From Centroscyllium fabricii (Eukaryota), in contig JBNRSN020000003.1 in assembly GCA_051313645.2 (NCBI GenBank), forward strand, positions 509,206,001-509,270,000: 64,000 nt of DNA, written 5' to 3'. The notes beneath the pieces were generated by a model. It had not been told where the DNA came from. It ran no database searches and worked only from the letters and a program-made list of their open reading frames with translations. The translations under genes were made by a program, and so were the position numbers. Shown in pieces: positions 12,329-24,561 of the stretch (position 1 is the stretch's first letter; every line of letters starts with the position of its first letter).

Positions 12329-12722
12329 ACATAGAAGATAGGAGCAGGAGTAGGCCATTCGGCCCTTTGAGCCTGCTCCGCCATTCAATGAGATCATGGC
12401 TGATCATCCAAACCCAGTACCCTGTCCCTGCCTTGTCCCCATATCCCTCGATCCCTATCGAGCCTGCACCGACACATATCCCACCCTATCCCCGTAACCC
12501 CACATATTCAATCCCCCTAAATCTGAGGGTCAATTTATCATGGCCAATCAACCTAACCCGCACATCTTTGGACCGTGGGAGGAAACCGGAGCACCCGGAG
12601 GAAACCCACGTAGACACGGGGAGAATGTGCAAACTCCACAGATAGTACCCGAGGCTGGATTTGAACCCGGGTCTCTAGTGCTACAAGGCAACAGTGCTAA
12701 CCACTATGCCACCGTGCCGCCC
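12329..12722 (-). mobile_element. V-SINE (HE1-like), full length
   Basis: Reverse complement of the 1258-1652 family. Confidence 0.9.
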
Positions 12723-12925
12723 AAATCTAAATGTTTAGTGCAAAACTGATTTTGAATTGTTAAAAAGCAGATTGTATATTCGAGCCATGCCTTAAAATCT
12801 CGAAACCAGTGCTCATAGCTCAACTCCTTCATATATGGAGTCAGTCTTGGTCGTCCTCTCACCACCCACTACAATGGCAGCGTACATTTTTGTAGTATGA
12901 ACACCACATTATTCCTATTGTGGTA

Positions 12926-13797
12926 CAGGTTGTGCACCGAAAATCTGTGCCCCGAAACGCCGGCAGCTTCAGTCTGCCGGAACAAATTGCCCCGACTGCA
13001 CTGCGCATGCGCAAGATGGCAGCCGCGATCGCGGCTTCGGCGAATGATCTGCGCATGCGCCGCCGAACGCCGAGCGCATGCGATCATTCAAAATGACTGC
13101 CGGGTGTTTTGAATGATTTGCGCATGCGTCGCCGGACGGCTAGCGCATGCGCAGATCATTTAAAACAGCCGCCGGGCCTTCGGTGGCGTCAGGGCGAAAA
13201 TAAAACAACTGGAAGCGCACGGTTCCCGGCGAGCAGGCTGGCCCTGTGCGGGAGCCGGGAATGGGAATGGGAATGTTGAGCGGAGTTCCTTACCCGGCTT
13301 TGCTGCTGCTGGAGTCAGTGGATGAGCGGCTGGCTAAGTGAGTGAACAGCTCCGGCTCGTGTCTTGGCAGTACTAGCACATCCAGTGAGCACTCACTCTA
13401 AAAATAGCTCCCCTCCCGCCCCCTCCCCCTGCACCAATCCGCACATACACATGGCCCCACTCAGCCCCCCTCAACATCAATTACTCCTTTGCTGTGAACT
13501 CCCAAAGCCAGCCTCCCCTCTGCACCCCCGGCTCCCGGGGGCCCGGCTCTCTCGGGGCAATGGGCATCCAGAGACCTGGCTGGCGCATTTTAAATTAGGT
13601 GCCGTGCACTTTCAGAGGACGACTAGTTGTGGACTTTTCCTGCATCGTTCGGCGGCCATTTCCAATGTTGTGCGCATGCGCGCGGCCATTTTGCACGGTG
13701 CGCGCATGCGCACTGACCGACTTCATTCTGCCGGTTTTTTCACTTTCCCGGCACGGGCCTGGTCCCGCCCATGCCGGATTTCCGGTGCGCAACCCTG
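12926..13797. mobile_element. Tc1/mariner-type MITE rich in GCGCATGCGC motifs
   Basis: TA|CAGGTTGTGCACC ... GGTGCGCAACCCTG|TA: TIRs with a TA duplication. Confidence 0.8.
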
Positions 13798-14016
13798 TAT
13801 GAACACTGCTTTGAAAAGTCCTCATATATGTAGTTACCCAGACATTGAAAGTGATAGGTGGTCTACCTTCACCTCAAGTCAATTTCAAAAGGGCACTTTT
13901 ACTTTTCCGGAGATCCGGTTTCCAGAGAGTGACATCCATGGGCCACTCTTCTGCTTTTATACAGGAGGCAGTCTCTGTAGTGCCGCTGGACTGAGCTGTC
14001 TAATGCACACACTCAG

Positions 14017-14782
14017 TGGCGGGGGGGGGGGGGGGGGGTTCCTAGAAGTGCGGGAACCTGGCGGGGATTGGTCGGGGCGGGTACCTGTCCCGCCCGGACA
14101 AGAGCCTGGGAAGCCGACACAATTTTCATTTAATTGATTAATCAAATCCCCGCGTGCGGGGAGCCGGTGGTAATTGACTCAATCGAGTCGGAGCTCCAGC
14201 AGGCTGCAAGGAGCTTGACAGACAGTTCCAGGACTGGTTGTTGACAGTTCCCATGGAAACACGCCACTGTGACATAACAGTGGAGTGGAGCCAATGGGAA
14301 AGGCCAAGTGCTGGTGAGTGACAGGTGGGTGGGCGGGATCCGAATCTTTGACAGCTAGCCACCGGCTGTCAGCAAATCTGGAAAGGTAAGATTTATAAGT
14401 TTTTGGTCACAGCTGGTCTTGACCCAAAGGAGTGACTTACTCCTCCAAGGTGTTGAAGGCCTGGGAAGCATTTTGCTCCAGGTCCTTCAACACCTTGAAG
14501 GAGAAAGTTATAAATACCACTATGTTCCCGCTGGGTTTTCACCAGCGGGGTTTTAGGATGATGGGGTTAGGGTGGGAAGGGGGTGAAAATTTCTAAGGGC
14601 CAATTAAGGGCCCTTAATGAGCTGACAAACCATCCCCGCCGGCCGCAAGATTCGGGGCGGGGGGAAATGTCAAAGCGGCGGTGATCCGGCTGCGGGGGGG
14701 GGGTTCACGACCCACCAGTTCCACTATTTTGCCGGCCGACCCGCCGAAAACCCCGCCTCACGGGGACATGAAAATCCCCCCT
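14017..14782 (+). mobile_element. Harbinger MITE, family shared with 16101 and 44797
   Basis: CAG target duplication in a CACTC-A-GAGTG palindromic site. Ends in AAAATCCCCCCT. Subterminal sequence matches the ends of the 39521-44790 element. Confidence 0.85.
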
Positions 14783-14829
14783 CAGAGTGCAAATGTGGGA
14801 ACCGGTTCTCTGCATTTATATCACAGAAA

Positions 14830-15510
14830 ACCATTGCCTTAATCCAATGCATTTCTTAATCAGTATGATCCGGTCAATTCCTAGAACCTCAGCTCCTTTA
14901 TGCAACGGAGCGCAGTTGCTGAAGGGAGACCTGGTTGCACTCCTTTAGTGTGAAAGCAACATCATTCACCCTGTGCCAAATCAATTATATTCACCGTATA
15001 ATTATTGATGCATTTTTTTTCAACTAATGTGCAATACATTACATTTTATTTGGGCTTTGTCTGCCCAATGGCATTGCTAATCTAAATCTTTCCGTAAATC
15101 TCATACTGCTTCCTTGCGCTCACATTTAGAGTTGTCAGCAAGTTTGACAAACTTAATTTGGTCTCAAAATCCAGGTCAGTAATGAAGATTAGAAATAATA
15201 GGGGTGCAAGTACTGACTTTGTGAGACTCCATTCAGTACATTCCCCCAAGCTTGACATTACACTTCTCCCAAGTATTCGGCTTCTTATTTCTGAATTGAC
15301 TCTCTATCTCGTTTAATGCACTGCCTTGAATTCCTGTGGCTTTTAGTTTAATCAAGCATCTTTCATTTGGAATTTTGTCTAAAGCTTTCTGAAAAACCAA
15401 ATAAAATGCATCATTGGGAGTTATGTTACCTACTTAATTTGTAACATCCTCAAAAGAAGTCAAGCAAGTTAGTCAGGCAGGTTCCGCCACTTCCAAGTCC
15501 GTGCTGGCGG
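14830..15510 (-). mobile_element. Old, highly decayed CR1 RT fragment
   Basis: Residual CR1-like sequence (AAAGCTTTCTGAAAAACCAAATA, GTCAGCAAGTTTGAC on +) corresponding to the DFQKAF and KFADD regions. Confidence 0.55.
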
Positions 15511-15803
15511 TTTCTTATTGTTAATACTGTAGATACTCCTCCAGCATGTTGATGGATGTGTGGCTGCCTGGGTCAATTGTCATTTTAATTTCTCCCATTT
15601 GAACTCAAGGGAAAGTTACAAACTCAGTCAGTAATTTGTGGATCAAGCCCTTGCCGATCATATTTTCAAGCTGATCTTTTCACACTGCCCTCCCCTCTCA
15701 CCCCAACCACCACTTCCATTCAGCAGCCCAGTGGCTCCACAGTCAAAGATATATGGGACATTCCTTCTATGGGGAGGCAGATGTAGTACCCCTTACACAA
15801 ATA

Positions 15804-15983
15804 TGATGTGGAGATGCCGGTGTTGGACTGGGGTGGACAAATGGAAGAAGTCACACAACACCAGGTTATAAAGCTTTCAGCGTGCTGCTCTTTCCCTCAC
15901 CTGACGAAGGAGCAGCACTCTGAAAGCTTGAAATTTCAAATAAAGCTATTGGACTATAACCTGGTGTTGTGTGACTTCTTACA
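15804..15983. mobile_element. Miniature fold-back Penelope-derived element with hammerhead remnant
   Basis: Same tail and pLTR arms as 5848-6212. CTGACGAAGGAGCAGCACTCTGAAAGCTT at ~15901. Confidence 0.8.
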
Positions 15984-16100
15984 AATAAAGTAAGCTTTTC
16001 ATGTTTTCTAATGCATTCCGCATTCTTATTACATTTAAAAAAACATTGCTATTCACAGAAACACATTACTAGGGTCGTAATCAGACCACCTGCACACTTT

Positions 16101-16630
16101 GGGGGGGGATTTCCATCTCCCCGTGAGGCAGGGTTTTCGGCGGGTCGGCCGGCAAAATAGCGGAACCATCGGGTCGCGACCCCCCCCCCCCCCCCTCCCC
16201 GGCCGCTTTCACATTTTCCCCCACCCTGTAACCTTCCCGCCGGCGGGGATGGTTTGTCACCTCATTAAGGGCCCTTAATTGGTATGTGTAATGCCATTTT
16301 CCGGGCCCTTAGGAATTTTCACCCCCTTCCCACCCTAACCCCGCCATCTTAAAACCCCGCTGGTGAAACCCAGCGGGAGCACAGTGATATGCAGAACTTT
16401 CTCTTTCAAGGCGCTGAAGGACCTGCAGCAAAACACTTTGCAGGCCTTCAACACCCTGGAGGAGTAAGTCACTCTGTTGTGTGAACACCAGCTGTGGCCA
16501 AAAACTCAGAAATCTTAGCTTTGCAGATTTACTGACAGCCGGTGCCGAGCTGTCAAGGATTCGGAGCCAACCCGCCCACCTGGCAGTCACCAGCACTTGA
16601 CCTTTCCCATTGGTTCCACTCGACTGTGGA
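16101..16630 (-). mobile_element. Truncated Harbinger MITE (14017/44797 family)
   Basis: Reverse complement of ~45050-45577. One terminus (GGGGGGGGATTT) is present. Confidence 0.8.
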
Positions 16631-16849
16631 ACCTCCACAAGTATGAATGGGGATTCCCTTCTCTCATTCGTTGGACTGACCCCAGGGGCACTTGCGAACC
16701 GCATGCACCCCCCGAGATATGTGGGCCTCTACCCGGAGAGGCCCAGGACCGCGAATCTCCGCACCTCCTGGACCATCAGGTACGCGGGCATTTTATTTGC
16801 GGATCGGAGGCATTTCCCCGGGAGAAGCCTCCGACTGCAAAATCAATTG

Positions 16850-17518
16850 CCACTTGGAAACATATGGGCTCATTAATGAAAGTCAGAACGGATTTGTTAA
16901 AGGCAAATCGTGTTTGACTAACTTGATCCGAGTTCTTTGATGAAGTAACGGAGAGGGTTGATGCATGTAGCACGGTTCATGTTGTGTATATGGACTTTCA
17001 AAAGGCGTTTGATAAAGTACCACATAATAGACTTGCAAACAAAATTGAAGCCCATGGGATTAAAGGGACAATGGAAGTGTGGATACAAAATTGACTAAGG
17101 GACAGAAAGCAAAGACTGGAGGAAGTATGCAGTGGTGTGTCCCAGGGGTCAGTATTGGGACCACTGAGCTTTTTGATATATATTAATGACCTGGACTTGG
17201 GTATACAGGCCATAATTTAAAAGTTTGCAGATGATACAAAACTCGGAAATGTAGTAAACAATGAGGAGGATAGTAACAGATTTCAGGAGGACATAGACTG
17301 GCAAAATGGGCAGAAACATGGCAGATGAAATTTAAAACAGAGAAGTGTGAAGTGACACATTTTGGTAGGAAGAATGAGAGTCAATATAAACAAAATGATA
17401 CAATTTTAAAGGGGGTGCAGGAACAGAGAGATTTGGGGCTGTATACACACAAAACTATGAAGGTAGCAGGACAAATTGAGAAAGCCGTTAAAAAGCCTTG
17501 GCTTTATAAACAGAGGCA
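16850..17518 (+). mobile_element. CR1 RT fragment
   Basis: Encodes SQNGFVKGKSCLTNL, DFQKAFDKVPH, GVSQGSVLGP and KFADDTKL. Confidence 0.9.
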
Positions 17519-18221
17519 CAGGGCTGGATTTTCATTGGGCCATGGAGTCGGGACTGGAGGCATGTGGGGGTTTAAAATCCCGAATTCGGGGGTCCCGACC
17601 CCATCCTGCACCCAACCCACCTCCATGCCAGTTTCAAAGGAGGTGGGTACCCACCCAGCACTGGGACACCCACCCCCCACCCACCCCGAGGCAGGAAGGG
17701 GATTAGCGCCAATTAACTGCCTGTTAACAGGTAGTCAACAGGCAGTTTTTATCCTAATCCTTATTTTAATTGTGGAAATGTGGGATTCCCGACGGCTCCA
17801 AACATAAGAACATAAGAAATAGGAGCAGGAGTAGGCCAATCGGCCCCTCGAGCCTGCTCCGCCATTCAATAAGATCATGGCTGATCTGATCCTAACAAAC
17901 CATGCCAACTTAGTCAGGTTGGAGGGGTCGCGATGTCTGGCGTCAGGTGAGTGATGGGTGCATGAGTGCAGAGGTAAGTGTGTTTGGTGTGTGTAAAATG
18001 TTTAAAGAAGTTTTACTTACCTTTACAGGCTTCCTTCCTTCAGGTCTCGGGAGTCCCTCATCTCACTAGCGCAGAAAGCAGAATGGCTGCAATCTGTCAA
18101 AAGTTGCAGCATTCAGCTTTCTGTTCTGGTGAGATTTTTAAATCATCCTGACAGGAAGGAATTAACCTGGAGTACAGATTGTCACTGTTTGACAGCTTCA
18201 AACAGCTGTGAAAGGCTGGTA

Positions 18222-18753
18222 CAGGTTGTGCACCATTAATCCACCACGGGCGGGGCCAGGCCCGTGCCGGGAAACTGAAAAAACCGGGAGAACGAGGTTG
18301 GACACTGCGTATGCGCACCATTCAAAATGGCCGCGCGCATGCGCACAACATTGGGATTGGCTGGCGCGCGCATGCGCAGATCGGGCCCAGGTCCGCCTTC
18401 CCTCTCCATCGCCTTTCTGGTTGCTGCTGCCGCCGAGCCGGACTCAGGCTGACAGCTGTTGCCTAGTGACTGTCCGCCTCAGTCACGGGGCTCAGCTGTC
18501 GAGAAAATAACCGGCGGCCGTATTGAATTATCTGCGCATGCGCTAACCGTTCGGCGACGCATGCGCAGATCATTCAAAACACCCGGCAGCCGTTTTGAAT
18601 GATCTGCGCATGCGCTCGGCGCATGCGCAGATCATTCGCCGAAGCCACGATGGCGGCTGCCATCTTGCACATGCGCAGTGCAGTCGGGGCAATTTGTGCC
18701 GGCAGACTGAAGCTGCCGGCTATTCGGGACACGGATTTTCGGTGCACAACCTG
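18222..18753. mobile_element. Tc1/mariner-type MITE rich in GCGCATGCGC motifs
   Basis: TA|CAGGTTGTGCACC ... GGTGCACAACCTG|TA, perfect 13-bp TIR. Confidence 0.85.
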
Positions 18754-18951
18754 TATTTCATCTGTCAAAAGACCTCATTACAGCCTTGGTCCAAACATGA
18801 ACAAAGAAGCTGAATGCCAGGGGAGAGGTGAGAGTGACTGCCTATGCCATCAAGGTAGCATTTGAACAAGTGCGGCATCAAAGAGCCCTAGTAAAACTGT
18901 GGGAAATGGGGGAGTGGTGGGGGAACTCTCCACTGCACTGGCTGGAGTCAA

Positions 18952-20108
18952 AAGGGGGAAAATTGGGTTGCGCTAACCTCAGAAATTAGCGCCCCAAAAA
19001 ATTTAGCGCCGTTGCACAAGTTGTTTTTTTAAATATTCATTGATGGGATGTGGGCGTCGCTGGCTGGCTAGGCTTGCATTTAGTGCCCATCCCTAATTGC
19101 CCTTGAGAAGATGGTGGCGAGCCGCCTTCTTGAACCGCTGCAGTCCATATGGTGTCTTATTGGTTTTCGTAGCGGTTGTTTACAACTGAGTGGCTTGCTG
19201 GGCCATTTCAGAGGGCATTAAGAGTCAACCACATTGCTGTGGGTCTGGAGTCACATGTAGGCCAGACCAGGTAAGGATGGCAGATTTCCTTCCCTAAAGG
19301 ACATTAGTGAACCAGATGGGTTTTTGCAACAATCAACAATGGTATCATGGTCGCCATTACTAAGACTATCATTTAATTCCAGAATTAAATTGAATTGAAT
19401 TTAAATTCCACCAGCTGCCGTGGTGGGATTTAAACCCATATCCTCAGAGCATTTCTGGCTTACTAGTTTAGTGATATAACCACTACGCCACCGTGCCCCA
19501 CCTCGTTCCTTGGGCGCTACAACTGAAGTTCGGGCCACTGCCTGCCGCTGCGCCACGCTCTGCAGCACGCCGCGCTGCGGTACTGCAGGCCTTCCTCCCC
19601 TTCTTAAAGGGGAGTGGCCTAGCACGGCGCGGCCCGGAGCCCCGCTGGACTGCCAGGGATCGGAGTACCGGCAAAGGAGCCCGGCACTCGAGGGAAGTGC
19701 CGGGCTCACGGAGCACAGCCAGCACTCCGTGGAGGGGCATCGGGGAAGGCCAGGGACGGCAGAGGGGGCAGGTGCTGGCAGGCGGCCAGCAAGAAAAATG
19801 GCCGCCCGGCACCCCCTCTTTAAATAGCGCTGACCTGGCTGCAACTGCGTTCCCCTGACCCTGTCGGTGACAGTGTCTGGCGCTAAGTCAGGGGGCACGA
19901 CTGAAGTTCGCGGCCGGGGCGCAAGCTGGGCACTGCGCATGGCAATGACGTCATCGCCGGCAGTGCAGCGCCATGGGGTGCTACCAGCCACCGCCGGCCC
20001 GCTGAATATCACAGGAGGCGCCAGCCCAGGCGCTAGGTGCCTTGCGCCCCATTAGCAGCCCTCTTAGGTCGCTAACAGCTGCCGCAAGCAACCCAATTTT
20101 TCCCCCTT
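18952..20108. mobile_element. GC-rich Harbinger-type MITE containing a LINE 3'-end insertion (~19030-19500, minus)
   Basis: TIR AAGGGGGAAAATTGGGTTGC ... GCAACCCAATTTTTCCCCCTT. Confidence 0.75.
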
Positions 20109-21893
20109 AGGGTCTTAAAACAAGTGGCTGCAGAGATAGTGGATGCATTGTTTGTAATCTACCAAAATTCCCTGGATTCTAGTGAGGTCCCAGCGGATTG
20201 GAAAACCACAAATGTAACACCCCTATTCAAGAGGAGGGAGACAGAAAGCAAGAAACTATAGACCAGTTAGCCTAACATCTGTCATTGGGAAACTGCTGGA
20301 GTCCATTATTAAGGAAGTAGCAGCAGGACACTTAGAAAATCATAATAAAGTCAAGCAGAGTCAGCATGGTTTGAGGAAAGGGAAATCATGTTTGTCAAAT
20401 TTGCTAGTGTTCTTTGAGGATGTAATGAACAGGGTGGATCAAGGGGAACCAGTAGATAGAACATAGAACATAGGAGCAGGAGTAGGCCATTCGGCCCTTC
20501 GAGCCTGCTCCGCCATTCAATGAGATCATGGCTGATCATCCAAACCCAGTACCCCGCCCCTGCCCTCTCCCCATATTCCTCGATCCCTATTGAGCCTGCG
20601 CTGACACATATCCCACCCTATCGCCGTAACCCCACATATTCAATCCCCCTAACACTAAGGGTCAATTTATCATGGCCAATCAACCTAACCCGCACATCTT
20701 TGGACTGTGGGAGGAAACCGGAGCACCCGGAGGAAACCCACGCAGATATAATGTATTTGGATTTCCAGAAGGCATTCGATAAGGTGCCACATAAAAGGTT
20801 ACTGCACAAGGTAAGATGGGGTTGGGGGAATATATTAGCATGGATAGAGGATTGGCTAACTAACAGGAAACAGAGTCGGGATAAATGGGTAATTTTCCGG
20901 TTGACAAACTGTAACTAGTGGGGTGCCACAGGGATTGGTGCTGGGTCCTCAACTATTTACAATCTACATTAATGACTTGAATGAAGGGACCAAGTGTAAT
21001 ATAGCCAAATTTGATGATGATACAAAGATAGGTGGGAAAGCAAGTTGTGAAGAGGGCACAAAGAATTTGGTAAAGGGATATAGATAGGTTAAGTAAGTGG
21101 ACAAAAATTTGGCAGATGGAGTACAATGTGGAAAAATGTGAGGTTATCAACTTTGGTAGGAAAAATAAAAAAGCTAATTATTTAAATGGAGAGAGATTAC
21201 AAAATGCTGCGGTACAGAGGGATCTGGGGGTCCTCGTACATGAAACACAAAAGGTTAGCATGCAGGTACAGCAAGTAATTAGGAAGGGGGATGGAGTATA
21301 AAAGTAGGGAAGTCTTACTACAACTGTATAGGGCATTGGTGAGACAACACCTGGAGTACCGCGTGCAGTTTTGGTCTCCTTATACTTGCATTGGAGGCAG
21401 TTCAGAGAAGGTTCACGAGGTTAATTCCTGAGATGAGGGGGTTGTCTTAAGAAAAAAGGTTGAGCAGGTTGGGTCTGCTGGAGTTTAGAAGAATGAGAGG
21501 TGATCTTATTGAAATATGCAGGATTCTGAGGGGGGCTTGACAGGGTAGATGCAGAGAGGATGTTTCCCCTCGTGGGGGAATCTATAACTAGGGGGGCATA
21601 GTTTCAGAATAAGGGGTCGCCCATTTAAAACAGAGATGAGGAGGAATTTCTTCTCTGAGAGGGCCGTGAATCTTTGGAATTCTCTACCCCAGAGAGCTGT
21701 GGATCCTGAGTCATTGAATATATTTAAGGTGGAGATAGACAGATTTTTGAACGATAAGGGAGTCAAGTGCTATGGGGAGCAGGCCGGAAAGTGGAGTTGA
21801 GGCCAAGACCAGATCAACCATGATAATATCAAATGGCGGAGCAGGCTCAAGGGGCCAAATGGCCAACTCCTGCTCCTATTTCTTGTGTTCTTA
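20108..21893 (+). mobile_element. 5'-truncated CR1 with a V-SINE fragment inserted (20456-20747, minus)
   Basis: Encodes NYRPVSLTS, MYLDFQKAFDKVPHKRL and EKCEVINFG, followed by the CR1 3' UTR. Confidence 0.9.
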
Positions 21894-22145
21894 TACCTAG
21901 CACAAAGGAAGATGGTTGTGATGATTGAAGGTCAATCATCACAGCCCCAGGCCATCGCTGTAGGAGTTCCTCAGGGCAGTGTCTAAGCCCAACCATCTTC
22001 AGCTGCTTCATCAATGACCTTCCCTCCAACATAAGATCAGAAATGGGGATGGTCGCTGATGACTGCAGTGTTCAGTGCCATTCACAACTCTTCAGATAAT
22101 GAAGCAGTCCTTGCCCACATGCAACAAGACCTGGATGACATTCAG

Positions 22146-24561
22146 CAGGGTGCGACAAAACCGCTTGCCCTGCTGAATGTAAAATGCACCGCAGGGTAAG
22201 CAAATGAAAATCGCAGTCGGGCAAGTGCGATCACATCGATGATCGAGGCCATGGGAACAGGTGGGTGGATTCCCGCCCTGGAGGCAGGTGCGGATTGGCC
22301 GGGGGAGCCGGGTGTGCTTCGGCCGATGGGCTTTGAACTCTGCCCTGCCCGAGCGTGGCCAATCACAGCCCGGCAGTTTTCTCACGCTCCCTCGCGCGCT
22401 CCGCCCTGTGCCCTGTTCGGTCAATCATAGCTCGCTCCAGCCAGCCGGCCGGCCGCCGCCACAACACCTCAGCGTCTCGCAGCAGCTCAAACCGAGCATG
22501 AAAGTGAGGGCAATGTTTCCCAACTCACTTCGAACTGCGTCCGCCTCAGAAGGAAACCTTTGAACTTATGGAGCCACGCCCAGGCCCCGCCCCTTTGGCA
22601 GTTGCTTGGTGGGGCAGCCCGTGTCACGTGGCCACAGTGCGAGCGGCGTGGCAGCTTTTCCAGTGTGTGTCCCGGGGGGTAGTGCTTGTCAGTGGTCTGA
22701 CAGAGCTCTGATGCACATCCCATTAGGGGTACAGGTCGCCAGTCTGCTGAAAGGTTAGAACTGAAACCTTAACTTGTCTGTTCTCTTAACAGATGTTGAT
22801 TAGACAGCTCGAGTGTTTCCAGCATTTACTCTTTTGTAAACATAGAATCTAGGAGCAGGAGCCGTTCTACAGGTACAAGCCCCGCTTCGTTCCCTCCCCC
22901 CACTCCCCCGACCACCACCTCATTAAAAGGAGAAAACCACAAAGGCTGCAAAAATGAAAGAACTGAGAAAAAGATGAACAGATGGTGAGTGAGGGGACTG
23001 GGATGAGGTGACAGCGAGCTTCCTCTCAGGGACACTGACTCCCAGAGACCGAATCCAGGGACGCTGACACCCAGAGACCGAATCCAGGGACGCTGACACC
23101 CAGAGACCGAATCCATGGACACTGACACCCAGAGACCGAATCCAGGGACACTGACACCCAGAGACCGAATCCAGGGACACGGACACCCAGAGACCGAATC
23201 CAGGGACACGGACACCCAGAGACCGAATCCAGGGACCACTGCCACCCAGAGACCGAATCCAGGGACACGGACACCCAGAGACCGAATCCAGGGAACACTG
23301 CCACCCAGAGACCGAATCCAGGGAACACTGCCACCCAGAGACCGAATCCAGGGAACACTGCCACCCAGAGACCGAATCCAGGGAACACTGCCACCCAGAG
23401 ACCGAATCCAGGGACACTGACACCCAGAGACCGAATCCAGGGAACACTGCCACCCAGAGACCGAATCCAGGGACACTGACACCCAGTGACCGAATCCAGG
23501 GAACACTGCCATCCAGAGACCGAATCCAGGGAACACTGCCACCCAGAGACCGAATCCAGTGACACTGACACCCAGAGACCGAATCCAGGGAACACTGCCA
23601 CCCAGAGACCGAATCCAGGGAACACGGACACCCAGAGACCGAATCCAGGGATACTGACTCCAAGAGACCAAATCCTGGGACAGTCCAGGGCACGATAAAA
23701 CCGCTTGCTCGCTCAATGATCGAGGCCACGGGAACGGGTGGGTGGTTCCCACCCTGGAGGTGGGTGCGGATTGGCCAGGGAGCCGGGCGGCGTGGCAGGG
23801 ATTGGAGGAGGCGGCTTGTCAATCAGGGGACGGGGCAGCAGTCGGGTTAGGTGGAGCGGGCTGGTGGCGCGCGGCAAGAGTGGGTCAGTGCCGTCGACCG
23901 CTGAGCGGGGAGAGAAAAAACCGGAGCGGCTTCCAAGAAGAAAAAAAACCCAACAATTTAAAGCAAGGGAGTTGACTTCAGTGCAGCCGGCAGGTTTGGG
24001 CTGGATAGCTGGCCCGTGTCCAGATGTACTGCACGGTGTGCACAGCTGGTGAGAAGCTGCCTGGAAGAGCTTTGCAGTTTAGCTTGTGGTTTCCCACCCA
24101 TTAATCTGTGATCAGTGCCATCCATCCTTTCTGCAGACCTGCCTTATAGAGCACCGTTCGATCAATTATAAAATCTGATGAATGACAAGAAGCTGTTGTC
24201 GAGCCTGCCCAACTTTTGCGGAACTTCACACCTGGAGCGGCTGCTGGACGAAGGTAGGCGGGGAGAGAGAGTGAGGGAGCCTGCAGAGGCTTCACAGAAA
24301 GTTTGGTAAATGAGGGAAGAATGTTCAGAGTAGAGAGAGAGAGCGAGAGACCCTGGAAGAGAGGGGCAGAAACCAGGCCAATGCAACTAAAGGCACAATC
24401 ACAATCTATGGTTTGATATTGAAACATTTTAATAAAAATTTTAAATATTTATTTCTTTCTTTAAAAATTTCGGGCAAGTGAAATTTGTGTTCAGGCAAGT
24501 GTTTTAGAAATCCACTTGTCCAACTGGGCAAGTGAAAAAAAAATGTTTTTGTAGCACCCTG
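22146..24561 (-). mobile_element. Non-autonomous CAGGG-ended DNA transposon (hAT-like) with internal minisatellite
   Basis: CAGGGTGCGACAAAA ... TTTTGTAGCACCCTG. Flanks CATTCAG/CATTAAG. Repeated subterminal GGGCAAG/CTTGCCC motifs. Confidence 0.8.
23029..23680 (+). repeat. 29/30-bp minisatellite, ~22 units
   Basis: Units GGGACACTGACACCCAGAGACCGAATCCA and GGGAACACTGCCACCCAGAGACCGAATCCA, head-to-tail with no spacers. Confidence 0.95.

Noticed and set aside
19500-20100. CpG island or host promoter (also ~11490-12328)
   Set aside because: The CpG-rich tracts lie inside a TIR-bounded element or share sequence with one (12290-12328 matches 58837-58875). No host first exon is evident.
23029-23680. 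CRISPR-like array of ~29-bp repeats
   Set aside because: Units are head-to-tail with no unique spacers, there are no cas genes, the context is vertebrate, and the array lies within a transposon. It is a minisatellite.
22826-23822. Long 200-308 aa ORFs (also 32266-32876 and 57592-58381)
   Set aside because: All three minus frames are open only because the repeat unit lacks stops. The products are cyclic permutations with no protein signal.
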